Shown one piece after another: positions 39,552-48,131 of a stretch of 64,000 nt of DNA. The DNA is taken from NCBI GenBank assembly GCA_050251775.1, contig JBFWMD010000009.1:6647-70646 (forward strand), read 5' to 3'. Below the pieces are notes generated by a model, which saw only the letters and a program-made list of their open reading frames with translations, was not told the origin of the DNA and made no database searches. The stretch's first letter is position 1. The number at the start of each line of letters is the position of its first letter. The stretch comes from Desulfovibrio sp. Lineage in GTDB: Bacteria; Desulfobacterota; Desulfovibrionia; Desulfovibrionales; Desulfovibrionaceae. A program made the position numbers and the translations under genes.

Positions 39552-39566
39552 CCTAAAATCAAATTG

Positions 39567-40574
39567 TTATTTCCTTGTCCGAACGATGACAGCATCCTGA
39601 GGCTGCAAGGCCCCACCCCTTCCCGCTCCAGCATTATCGCGGGTCATTCGGCGCAGGTCACCACTGTTGTCCCGACAAATCACCCCTCCGGCTTCCACTC
39701 GTCCGCCTAAACCCGCAGCGTTGACATCAAATGAAATTATGTCCGCGTCGAGCTCCTCCGGATCCCGCCCATTGACCGGATCATCGAGGCAGTAGCCATA
39801 CCAGTCCGGATCCCCGCCTGCCGCGCCGATGGGGGCCTGGGCGGTGAATCTCCCCGTGTCCGGGTCGTAATCTCGCCAGCCGAAGCGGACGAGTCCCGTG
39901 TCCCAGTCGTGCAGGCCGCCCGCGAAACCGAGCGGCGAGCGCAGATACGGATTGTTGTCCTTCACCACGTTGCCGAAGGCGTCGTACAGGATTTCCTTTA
40001 CCATGCCTTCGGTGGGAAGCTCAACCACCCGCACGCTGCCGATCTGGTCGGTATGCAAAAGAATTTCGCTGCCATGCCCCTGGTCGTGCCCCTGATCCTG
40101 CGTAACCAGTCCCACGGGCCGACCGTCACGGCCATACGCCACTTTCCACCACCCGCCGTCCTTCATTTCCGCATGCGACCAGGCCGCGAGGTGCGCACGA
40201 TCCTGCCAGTGGAACCGTTCCGTGAGCCTGCCGTCCACGTATTTGGCGTTGCGCAGGCCCTGGTCGTCGTGCGCGTACTCCACAACGCGGCCATCGGGCA
40301 GCTCCACGGCCAGCAAGCGATAGTCAGGCGCGTAGTGATAGCGCGTCTCGCCCTGGGGCGTGACCTTGCGGCTGCGGAAGCCTTGCTGGTCATGATCGTA
40401 GCGCGCGTCGCCCGCCTGGAGCAGCCGGTTGTCCGGGCCGTAGCGGAAGACCCGGTCCATTTGCCCGCGCAAAGGCACATAGTCCTCGGCCCGGCGGCCC
40501 TGTAGGATTTGCCTCCGGCGGCCGGGGCCCGCGGCCCCGGACCCCATTCTGCGCCGAAGCGCGATGCTGCGCAT
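39567..40574 (-). CDS. short RHS/YD-repeat protein (RHS repeat-associated core plus ~58-aa C-terminal tip); probably an N-terminally truncated orphan
   Basis: YD repeats (RYDHDQQGF, YHYAPDYRLL, EYAHDDQGLR) and core motif GLVRFGWRDYDPDTGRFTAQAPIG...WYGYCLDDPVNGRDPEEL. Only 335 aa, against more than 1000 aa for typical RHS proteins. Confidence 0.65.
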   Translation of the reverse strand: MRSIALRRRMGSGAAGPGRRRQILQGRRAEDYVPLRGQMDRVFRYGPDNRLLQAGDARYDHDQQGFRSRKVTPQGETRYHYAPDYRLLAVELPDGRVVEYAHDDQGLRNAKYVDGRLTERFHWQDRAHLAAWSHAEMKDGGWWKVAYGRDGRPVGLVTQDQGHDQGHGSEILLHTDQIGSVRVVELPTEGMVKEILYDAFGNVVKDNNPYLRSPLGFAGGLHDWDTGLVRFGWRDYDPDTGRFTAQAPIGAAGGDPDWYGYCLDDPVNGRDPEELDADIISFDVNAAGLGGRVEAGGVICRDNSGDLRRMTRDNAGAGRGGALQPQDAVIVRTRK

Positions 40575-41130
40575 CTGCGCTTCGGCGCGGATGCCGGAAT
40601 ATGTTCCAACGCCACAGTAAGGCCATGTGGCGAGGAGGCATGCCGGTCAGGTGTGTTGGTTCATGCTGTTGATTCCCCGCCGCGCAATTCTCGATGTTCA
40701 TTGCGGCGGAATTTCCGCAAGGCTAACCCTGCTTTTGGGGCCGGGATAAAAATAGAAGGGAAATGGAAAGCAAAAGGACGAATTTTCCCTATTGACAGAG
40801 ATCTGAAATCCAAAATCCAATAAGTCTCATTTCACCTGCCGCCCCCGGAAGTGCCGTTCCAAATCCCAACGAAAGCCCGCTTGTACAGCAACGTTCTGGT
40901 GCTGAAGAGCGGCGAGTCATGGCAAGGTCGTGCGGCATTTTAAACTTGCATCCGGCGGAAGAAGCTGCCAAGCAGGATGCACGGGCCGCTGCGCGCAGAA
41001 CCGGCCATTGCCTCGGCTCCTCCAGCGCAGGCCTGAAACCATACCTTTCCGGCAACTTATCCCCGGACAACCACCCGGATTTCAACCCGTGGGGGCGGCC
41101 CCAACGCCGCTCCGCAACCGACATACAATC

Positions 41131-42528
41131 ATGGATAAAGAACAAAAACACGCGGCCTTCATGGTCCTGCTGACGGTCTGCATCGTCCAGTTCATGGCCC
41201 CGTTCATGCTGACCTCCATCGGCATCGCCCTGCCCGCCCTGGGGCGCGAACTGGGCGGAACCGCCGTGCAGCTCGGACTCATCGAGCAGCTCTACGTGGT
41301 TTCCCTGGCCATGGGCATGCTGCCTTTTGGCCGACTCGGCGACCTCATCGGCCAGCGCCGGGTCTTCCTGCCCGGCCTGATCCTCTTCACGGTCATGACC
41401 AGCTCTCTGGGCTTCACCCAGTCCATCACCATGATCATGGCCCAACGTTTTGTCCAGGGCATCGGCGCCTGCATGATGCTTTCGGGCAGTCTCGCGCTCG
41501 TGGCCGGGGCCTATCCTGTCACGGTGCGCGGCCGGGTCATCGGCATCGTCTCGGCCTTCACCTACGCTGGCCTGTCCATGGGGCCGGTATTTGGCGGATT
41601 TGTCACAGACCATCTGGGCTGGCGTTACGTCTTTATTTCCGCCGTGCCCCTGGGCCTGGCCGCCATCGTGGCCTGCCTCTATGGCATGAGCGCTCCGGCG
41701 CGCGAGCCGTCCGAAGAGAGCATGGACTGGCGGGGCAGTCTGGCCTATGCTGGAGCCGTGGCCCTGTTCATGCTCGGCTCGGCCCATGCCGGATCATCCG
41801 TCTGGGGAACGGTGATGATCGTGGTCGGACTTCTCGGCGGCCTGGGCTTTCTCCGGCTCCAGTCCCGCACGCCCCACCCCCTGCTCGACGTGGGCCTGCT
41901 GCGGTCCAATCGCTATTTCACCTTCAGTTCCCTGGCCGCCCTGGGTAACTACGCCTCCACCTTCGGCATTACCTTCACCATGAGCCTCTACCTGCAATAT
42001 GTGCGGGGCATGCCCCCGCGCGCGGCCGGAGCCGTGCTGCTGATCCAGCCCCTGCTCCAGATCGGGGTTTCCCTGATTTCCGGCAGCCTCACAGACCGCT
42101 TCAATCCGGCAAAACTGGCCACCCTGGGCATGGTCCTCAGCGGTCTCGGCCTGTTGGCCATGGCCCTGACCATCGGCAACGAGACCCCCCTCTGGCTGCT
42201 GGGCGGCGAGCTGGCCCTCATGGGCGTGGGCTTCGGCATCTTTGCCACGCCCAACTCCACGGCCATCATGAGCAGCCTGCCTCCCCGGCAATACGGCCTG
42301 GCCTCGGGCATGACCGCGGCCATGCGCACCCTGGGCATGGCCGTGAGCATGACCAGCGTGACCCTGATCTTTTCGCTTTTCCTGGGTGAGTCCGCCATCA
42401 CGCCGGAAACCATTCCCGCGTTTCTGGTCAGCATGCGGGTGGGGCTGGTGACCTTTGCAATCTTCTCCTGCCTGGGGATTTTACTCTCCCTGGGCCGGGG
42501 CAGCAGACAACAGGACCCAGCGGCCTGA
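41131..42528 (+). CDS. MFS transporter, DHA2 (EmrB/QacA-like, 14-TM) type
   Basis: ATG at 41131 (MDKEQKHAAFMVLLTVCIVQFM). Motif GRLGDLIGQRRV. About 14 hydrophobic helices. Confidence 0.85.
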   Translation: MDKEQKHAAFMVLLTVCIVQFMAPFMLTSIGIALPALGRELGGTAVQLGLIEQLYVVSLAMGMLPFGRLGDLIGQRRVFLPGLILFTVMTSSLGFTQSITMIMAQRFVQGIGACMMLSGSLALVAGAYPVTVRGRVIGIVSAFTYAGLSMGPVFGGFVTDHLGWRYVFISAVPLGLAAIVACLYGMSAPAREPSEESMDWRGSLAYAGAVALFMLGSAHAGSSVWGTVMIVVGLLGGLGFLRLQSRTPHPLLDVGLLRSNRYFTFSSLAALGNYASTFGITFTMSLYLQYVRGMPPRAAGAVLLIQPLLQIGVSLISGSLTDRFNPAKLATLGMVLSGLGLLAMALTIGNETPLWLLGGELALMGVGFGIFATPNSTAIMSSLPPRQYGLASGMTAAMRTLGMAVSMTSVTLIFSLFLGESAITPETIPAFLVSMRVGLVTFAIFSCLGILLSLGRGSRQQDPAA

Positions 42529-42570
42529 GACGCTCCGGCAGGGGAGGCAGTGTCGCCAGCACAACGCGAA

Positions 42571-42609
42571 AGCGCCCTGGGAAGCGTATTCCCAGGGCGC
42601 TGCTTTTTA
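42571..42609 (+). terminator. rho-independent terminator of the DHA2 transporter gene
   Basis: 13-bp perfect stem AGCGCCCTGGGAA / TTCCCAGGGCGCT, followed by GCTTTTTAT. Confidence 0.8.
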
Positions 42610-42755
42610 TCCCGCGCCGCTTTTCCGAAAACCACTCCGGCGCTCCACCATAACGAGGACGCTTATCGGCAATCCTCCGATCATCCGACTCCTGGCTTTA
42701 TCGCGTCCCGTTTCAACCCCTGTTGATCAACAATGATCAACGATACCCAGCGAAA

Positions 42756-43505
42756 TTAATACGCTGAATTCTTGTTCAACTGAATTTCAAGAACCGGGGT
42801 CACATCCAGTTCCACGGTGACTTCGGCGGCGCTGAAGTCCAGCACATGGCCGCCCTTGGTTTCGGTCTGGTCGAGAAAGTGCAGGTGCGGGCCGGCCGCA
42901 CCCACACCGGTCATGTACGCGGGCGTGTGCCAGCCCACCATGTCGCCGACCACGTTGGTCAGGGGAAAGATCGCCTGCTTGGCGATGACATCCGCGAGTT
43001 TGGGAAACGGCTTTTCGCTCTTGGGCACGCTGCGTGCTTTCACAAACGAAAACGCGCCCTTGACATGCACCGCGTAGATCATGTCCGGACCGGGCAGTTC
43101 TTTGAGCAGTTTCTGCTCAAAATCGGCGTAGTCCTTGATGTTCCGCAACGTAAAAATCAGGTCCGGCTCGAAATGGGTCACCTGGGCAAAGGGAACTCCG
43201 GCGGAGTCCGGCATCATTTGCGGCACGCCTGTGACCGGAATCTGCCAGACCCGGCCCTGGTAGAAGAACATTTCGCCGTCCAGGCCCTGGAACGTGCCCA
43301 TGCCGAAGTCGCCGCGTTTCTTGATGTCGGCCACGGTCTGTTCCGAGTCGTAGTAGCCGTCCTTGAGCTTGGACACGGTGGAAATCTGGTAGAGCACGTC
43401 GTGGGTCGGATCCAGGTCGATGGAGTAGCTCACGGCTCCGGCGGCACAGGGCAGGAGCAACGCAACAAGCAACAGGGGAAGGATGTTCAAAAAAAGGCGA
43501 CGCAT
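42756..43505 (-). CDS. alpha-acetolactate decarboxylase family protein with N-terminal signal peptide
   Basis: GMGTFQGLDGEMFF hallmark and zinc-ligand pattern GPHLHFLD...GGHVLDF. N-terminus MRRLFLNILPLLLVALLLPCAAGA. Confidence 0.85.
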   Translation of the reverse strand: MRRLFLNILPLLLVALLLPCAAGAVSYSIDLDPTHDVLYQISTVSKLKDGYYDSEQTVADIKKRGDFGMGTFQGLDGEMFFYQGRVWQIPVTGVPQMMPDSAGVPFAQVTHFEPDLIFTLRNIKDYADFEQKLLKELPGPDMIYAVHVKGAFSFVKARSVPKSEKPFPKLADVIAKQAIFPLTNVVGDMVGWHTPAYMTGVGAAGPHLHFLDQTETKGGHVLDFSAAEVTVELDVTPVLEIQLNKNSAY

Positions 43506-43524
43506 GGCGATTCTCCTTCAATGC

Positions 43525-43538
43525 GGTATACGGATACC
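43525..43538. promoter_or_regulatory. near-palindrome immediately upstream of the ALDC-like gene (candidate operator)
   Basis: GGTATACGGATACC is 12/14 symmetric and lies about 20 nt upstream of the start codon. Confidence 0.2.
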
Positions 43539-43576
43539 CTGAAGTAGCCGGAGAGAGTGTCAAAGACAAGCGTTGA

Positions 43577-43975
43577 TCAGCTTTTCAGGCACTCCCGGCA
43601 GACACCTTCCACGCGCAGCTCCACCCCGTCCACTCGGCCCAGCCCGGCCAGTTCCGGCCCGGCCAGCCGCTCCAGGTCCGCGTCGGCCAGCCCCAGACAG
43701 ATGCAGCGTCCGCAGCGGATACAGTGAAAATGTCCGTGGCCCCGGCCCAGGCAGTAGTGCGCGGTGCGGTCCGGTCCGGTGTGCCGGGCCAGCACCCCGT
43801 TGGCCACGAGTAGATCCAAAATGCGGTAGAGCGTGACCTTGTTCATGCTCTTGCCCAGGGCCGAGAGCAGTTCGGGCGCGCTCACCGCGTCCTTGGCTCC
43901 GGAAACCGCCTCGTAGACCATGACCCGCCGTTCCGTGGGCTCCACTCCGGAGCGGCGCAATGTGTTCCTGGACAT
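43577..43975 (-). CDS. zur: Fur family transcriptional regulator, probable zinc uptake regulator
   Basis: Winged-helix N-terminus (VTLYRILDLLVANGV) and metal motifs HFHCIRCGRC...CRECL. Last gene of the znuACB cluster, with a 1-nt overlap to znuB. Confidence 0.8.
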   Translation of the reverse strand: MSRNTLRRSGVEPTERRVMVYEAVSGAKDAVSAPELLSALGKSMNKVTLYRILDLLVANGVLARHTGPDRTAHYCLGRGHGHFHCIRCGRCICLGLADADLERLAGPELAGLGRVDGVELRVEGVCRECLKS

Positions 43976-44805
43976 CAGCGCCCTCCGCTTTTCCCGGCCC
44001 GCAAGGCGTCCATGGTCGTAAGCGCGAAAAAGCTCAGCGTTGCCACTGCGATGATGCATGCGCCCGATGTAATGTCAAAACGGGCCGAGGCCAGGAGTCC
44101 CGCCGTGCAGAAGAAAAGGCTCCAGCCGCAGGCCCGGACCATCATCCCGCCCAGGGAGCGCGCCCTGCGCTCCGCCAGATACGGCGGAATGGTCACCAGG
44201 GCGATGACCAGGATCAGCCCGACCACGCGCACGATCATGACCACGCAGAGCGCGGTCATCAGCGGCAGGAGATAGTGCAGGAAGGTCACGGGCACGCCTC
44301 GGGCCGCCGCGAATTCCGCATCGAAACTCATGGCCAGCAGATCCTTGTAGAAGAACAGCGTCAGCGCCGTGACCACGATGTCCAGCCCGAGCATGACCCA
44401 GAGGTCCAGGGCCGGGACCGCCAGAATGGACCCGAACAAAAAGCTCATCAAATCAGCTGCGTAGCCCGGCGAAAGGTCAATGAGAATGATGCCCGTGGCC
44501 ATGCCCGCGGCCCAGAGCACGCCCACCACGGTGTCGGTGCGCTCCCCGCTGGTTCGCGTCACCGCGCCCATGAGCAGCGAGGCCCCGGCAGTGAAGCCCA
44601 GGGTGCAGGGCAGCGCGGGCCAGCCCATGAAAAAGGCCAGCCCGACCCCGCCGTACGCCGCGTGGGCAATGCCGCCGGCCAGAAAAACCATGCGGTTGAC
44701 CACCACCAGGGAACCGATCAGCCCGCAGGCCACACTGGCGAGCACGCCCGCCAGAAGCGCATTCTGCATGAAATCGAAGGAGAACAGCGAAATCAGATCA
44801 GTCAT
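43975..44805 (-). CDS. znuB: zinc/manganese ABC transporter permease (ABC-3 family)
   Basis: 276 aa with ~8 TM helices, beginning FMQNALLAGVLASVACGLIGS. Confidence 0.9.
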   Translation of the reverse strand: MTDLISLFSFDFMQNALLAGVLASVACGLIGSLVVVNRMVFLAGGIAHAAYGGVGLAFFMGWPALPCTLGFTAGASLLMGAVTRTSGERTDTVVGVLWAAGMATGIILIDLSPGYAADLMSFLFGSILAVPALDLWVMLGLDIVVTALTLFFYKDLLAMSFDAEFAAARGVPVTFLHYLLPLMTALCVVMIVRVVGLILVIALVTIPPYLAERRARSLGGMMVRACGWSLFFCTAGLLASARFDITSGACIIAVATLSFFALTTMDALRAGKSGGR

Positions 44806-45623
44806 GGCCGCTCTCCCCGTGTGGGATTTTCGCTGCGACCCGGCCCATAGCGCTGGCTGAGCTGGGCGATGTAATCGTCCATGGCGCAGGTGTGCTCGTG
44901 CTGGCCGTAGAGCAGTTCGAGCATCTCCTTGCTCAGCTCCGGGCCGGAGCTGGCAATAACCCCCCGGTTCACGGCGGCCACGCTGGAAATCCGCGTGGTC
45001 AGCAGGCTCATGTCGTGGCTCACGGCCACGGTGGTCAGCTTGCGTGCCTCGCCCATCTTGCAGAGGAAGTCGAAGAAGCAGAACGATCCGTGCGGGTCGA
45101 TGCTTGCCGTGGGTTCGTCCAGGATCAGCAGTTCCGCGTCCGCTGCCAGGGCCCGGGCTATGAGCACGCGCTGCTTTTGCCCGCCGGAAAGCTCGCCAAA
45201 GAGCCGGTCCGACAGCTCCCGCATGTTCACGCGCTCCAGGGCCTCCAGCGCCTTGTCCCTGGCGGCCCGCGAGTGGCCGAAGAGTCCCTGCCGCGCGCGG
45301 TCCACGCCCATGAGCGCCGTGTCCAGCACGGTGATGGGAAACCCGGCCCGGGCATGGGTGTGCTGGGGCACATAGCCGATGCGTCGCGAGGCTCTTGGCG
45401 GGCGCTCCCCCAGGACGCGGACCGTGCCCGCGTCCGGCTGGAGCAGACCGAGCATCAGCTTGACCAGCGTGGTCTTGCCACCGCCGTTGGGGCCGATCAC
45501 GGCCATAAAGGCCCCGCGCTCCACGCGGAGAGTGACTCCGGTGAGCGCGGCACGGCCATTATAGGCAAAAGACGCGTTTTCAATCTGGATCGCAGGTTCG
45601 CTCATGCGCCGCTTATACGTCAT
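44802..45623 (-). CDS. znuC: zinc ABC transporter ATP-binding protein
   Basis: Walker A GPNGGGKTT, signature LSGGQKQR, Walker B LLILDEP. ATGA overlaps occur at both ends. Confidence 0.9.
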   Translation of the reverse strand: MTYKRRMSEPAIQIENASFAYNGRAALTGVTLRVERGAFMAVIGPNGGGKTTLVKLMLGLLQPDAGTVRVLGERPPRASRRIGYVPQHTHARAGFPITVLDTALMGVDRARQGLFGHSRAARDKALEALERVNMRELSDRLFGELSGGQKQRVLIARALAADAELLILDEPTASIDPHGSFCFFDFLCKMGEARKLTTVAVSHDMSLLTTRISSVAAVNRGVIASSGPELSKEMLELLYGQHEHTCAMDDYIAQLSQRYGPGRSENPTRGERP

Positions 45624-46603
45624 TTCATGGCGTTACGGAAGCGCTCGGCCACGGAAACCAGATTCGCCCCCCAGTCCAGGGCCAGCGGATCAGCCTCGAT
45701 TACGCTCGCGTCCACGGCGTCCGCCACGGACTGGGCCGTACGTTGCGACATCTGGGGCTGGATGAACACGGCACGCACCCCGTGCTCGCGTGATTCATCG
45801 ATAATCTTTGCCAGCTCCCTGGGTCCGGGTTCCTTGCCTTCGACCTCAATGGCCAGCTGGGTCAGGCCGTAGGCCTTTGCAAAGTGTCCCCAGGCAGGGT
45901 GGAAAACCAGAAACACGCGCCGCTCCGCGGGTACGTCCGCAAACAGCCTTTGCAGACGAGCGTCCAGGGCGTCAATCTCCGCCACAAATGCGTCGCAATT
46001 GGTCTTGTACGTTTCCGTATTGGCCGGATCAACGCGCTCCAGGGCGGCCAGGGTGTTCAACGCCATTTGCCGCATGCCAGCGGGCGAGGTCCAGATGTGC
46101 GGGTCCATGCCGTGGTGATGATGGTGGTGCTCCGCGTGTTCCGCCTCTTCGGCCAGTTCGCCATGTTCGCCGTGCTCGCCGTGCTCGTGATGTACGTCGC
46201 CGATTTCTTCCACATGACCCGGCTGCTCTCCATGCGCATGCTCTTCCGGGGATTCCAGCCTCGCGTTCATGGGCAGCACGAGCAGGTTCGGATTCACGCC
46301 AGCCAGCCTGCCCAGCCAGGCCTTTTCGAACTCCAGCCCGATGCTCAGATAGAGATCCGCTCCGGCCAGCCGCGACACCTGCGAAGGCTTGGGCTCGTAG
46401 GTGTGCGGGTCCGCGCCCGCAGGCACGAGCACCACGCAATCAACCCCGTTTCCCGCGATTTTCTCCACGGCGTATTTCTGCGGCGCAACGCTGACCGCCA
46501 CGCTCGGCCCGGCTTCGACACTGCGCGCATTGACCGCGCCCACGGCAAAAAACACGATGATCGTGAGCAACAAGCCGTAAAACAGAATGTTCTTGAACAT
46601 CAT
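45620..46603 (-). CDS. znuA: periplasmic zinc-binding protein with His-rich loop
   Basis: MMFKNILFYGLLLTIIVFFAVGAVNA signal peptide. His/Glu loop HAHGEQPGHVEEIGDVHHEHGEHGEHGELAEEAEHAEHHHHHHGMDPH. Cluster 9 SBP layout. Confidence 0.9.
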   Translation of the reverse strand: MMFKNILFYGLLLTIIVFFAVGAVNARSVEAGPSVAVSVAPQKYAVEKIAGNGVDCVVLVPAGADPHTYEPKPSQVSRLAGADLYLSIGLEFEKAWLGRLAGVNPNLLVLPMNARLESPEEHAHGEQPGHVEEIGDVHHEHGEHGEHGELAEEAEHAEHHHHHHGMDPHIWTSPAGMRQMALNTLAALERVDPANTETYKTNCDAFVAEIDALDARLQRLFADVPAERRVFLVFHPAWGHFAKAYGLTQLAIEVEGKEPGPRELAKIIDESREHGVRAVFIQPQMSQRTAQSVADAVDASVIEADPLALDWGANLVSVAERFRNAMK

Positions 46604-46617
46604 CACCTCCAGGGTTA

Positions 46618-46652
46618 ATGCAACCAAGTTGCTTTGTGCAACAGGGTTGCAT
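46618..46652. promoter_or_regulatory. two adjacent Zur-type boxes upstream of znuA
   Basis: ATGCAACCAAGTTGCTT (46618-46634) and GTGCAACAGGGTTGCAT (46636-46652). Both fit the palindrome ATGCAAC-N3-GTTGCAT that I recall being predicted for Zur in Desulfovibrio. Confidence 0.6.
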
Positions 46653-46907
46653 TGATGTCAAGCCGCTCCAGCCAGCGGCTTCCGGCAATTTCACGCCCGC
46701 TTCCGCGCCGGTGCAAACCCACCCCCACCGGACCGCCTTGCCCCGGCTGTGCCTGACAGAAGACACTTTGCACTGCGCGAGGCACAGAGAGGCGTTATAT
46801 TCTAAACCAGTGCACCCCCCCATTTTTTTTGGTAGGATGCAGGCCAAGGGAACCACCGCGCTCCGTGCTCCCTGCGGAACCAGAGCGAAGACCAAAGGAG
46901 AATCACC

Positions 46908-47183
46908 ATGGCCAAGAGTTACCACTGCGTTATCGAAGGCAAGGTCAAGGGCGGGAACTTCCAGTCCTGGATTATGGACACGGCGCAACAAATGAATCTG
47001 ACGGGCTGGGTACGCTATCTTGAGGATGGCAAAGCCGAGATTCTGCTCCAGGGCGAAATGATGCAGTGCTCACGCTTCAAGGACAAGATGCTCGCGGAAG
47101 CGCCCTTGCCCGAATTGCGCGACGTGCATTGCGAGTTCATCGAACACGACAAGACCTTCGACAAGTTTGAAATGCGCGGCTGA
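46908..47183 (+). CDS. acylphosphatase-like protein
   Basis: 91 aa with GWVRYLEDGKAEILLQG and a degenerate N-terminal V.G.VQGV-type motif (IEGKVKGGNFQ). Confidence 0.6.
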   Translation: MAKSYHCVIEGKVKGGNFQSWIMDTAQQMNLTGWVRYLEDGKAEILLQGEMMQCSRFKDKMLAEAPLPELRDVHCEFIEHDKTFDKFEMRG

Positions 47184-47431
47184 ATTCACTGAGCAAGGCC
47201 ACGGTTCCCCCCTGGGCCTGGGGCCATGGCCTTGATCGGACACTGCTCATGCGGGCGTGGCACTGGCTTGCCTTCCCGCTTGCCGCCACCCGTCGGCTGC
47301 GTACCGAAGCCTGTGCGGGCCTTTCGGACGCAAACCGTTTGATTGGGACTCTTTCCCTCACTCCCTGAGAATGAAAACCAGGCGGTGAAAGCCGCCTCGC
47401 AGCGACTGTCAGAGTCTTTCGCCTCCGGCGG

Positions 47432-47462
47432 GCAAGGGTTCGCACCCTTGCATCCCTTTTTT
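47432..47462 (+). terminator. rho-independent-type terminator ~250 nt downstream of the acylphosphatase gene
   Basis: Stem GCAAGGGT / ACCCTTGC, loop TCGC, then ATCCC and TTTTTT. Confidence 0.5.
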
Positions 47463-47700
47463 GCACTGTTGTCGCGAGGTGGGGGCTACAGCTCATTCCG
47501 CCCTGATCCAGCCCCACTTCAAGCCACCCCCCCCCAGAATCCTCCCAAAAAGCGCACTTTGCTCCGCAGCCGTTTCAAACACGGCTTTCCGAGCACCACG
47601 CTTCCATACCCCTGGCGTGCGCCAACGCCCCTCCACACCGGTTCTGTTTCAAACTCCGCCCTGACATCCGACATTTCTGCTTCACACTGACACACTGACC

Positions 47701-47752
47701 TTTGCGCCCCTTTGCGCTTTTCGTTCGCAGGATTTTACACCGTGTTTTGCGC
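47701..47752 (+). promoter_or_regulatory. three TTTGCGC repeats, candidate enhancer-binding-protein sites upstream of the sigma54 promoter
   Basis: TTTGCGC at 47701, 47711 and 47746, i.e. 115-165 nt upstream of the -24/-12 element. Confidence 0.3.
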
Positions 47753-47865
47753 TTTTTACCCAAAGACGTTGCATGGTCCCGCCTCCGCGCGATTCTTCTG
47801 CCTGCCCCTCCTTGCCGGTTCGCCTGTCGGTTCCCACGGCACAGCAGAGACACCGAATTTCCGTT

Positions 47866-47880
47866 TGGCACGCCCCTTGC
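47866..47880 (+). promoter_or_regulatory. sigma54 (-24/-12) promoter for amtB-glnK(-glnD)
   Basis: TGGCACGCCCCTTGC is a perfect fit to TGGCACG-N4-TTGC, in the same orientation as amtB, about 275 nt upstream of its ATG. Confidence 0.65.
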
Positions 47881-48011
47881 GATATTTCCCCGCAATTGTC
47901 GCGACAGGGGCAAATCTTTACAAACTCGGAACATTCCCAGAGGCCCACTCCCAGGCCAGAGACCCTGCCCCGCATGCGGCGGACATATTGTAACCGGCTG
48001 TAAATTCACTA

Positions 48012-48131
48012 TTTTCAAAATTTTGCAAATCTGTTTCAGTCGTGAACATATTTGGCAATGGCGCTTTACAAAATTAGCAATCATACTTTTAAGAAACCCG
48101 ACTTTATTGCGCAAATTTACAAAATTGCAAT
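48012..48131 (+). repeat. three copies of a TTT(A/C)AAAATT-n-GCAA(T) motif in the amtB leader
   Basis: TTTTCAAAATTTTGCAAAT (48012-48030), TTTACAAAATTAGCAAT (48065-48081) and TTTACAAAATTGCAAT (48116-48131). The last ends 6 nt before the RBS. Confidence 0.45.

Noticed and set aside
46050-46250. Repetitive GAGCAC/CATCAC-rich DNA that could be taken for a tandem repeat
   Set aside because: It encodes the His/Glu-rich metal-binding loop of ZnuA, a normal feature of zinc-specific cluster 9 binding proteins.
48054-48070. TGGCAATGGCGCTTTAC as a second sigma54 promoter
   Set aside because: The GG is present, but the -12 position 10 nt downstream reads TT, not GC. The upstream site at 47866 fits the consensus exactly.
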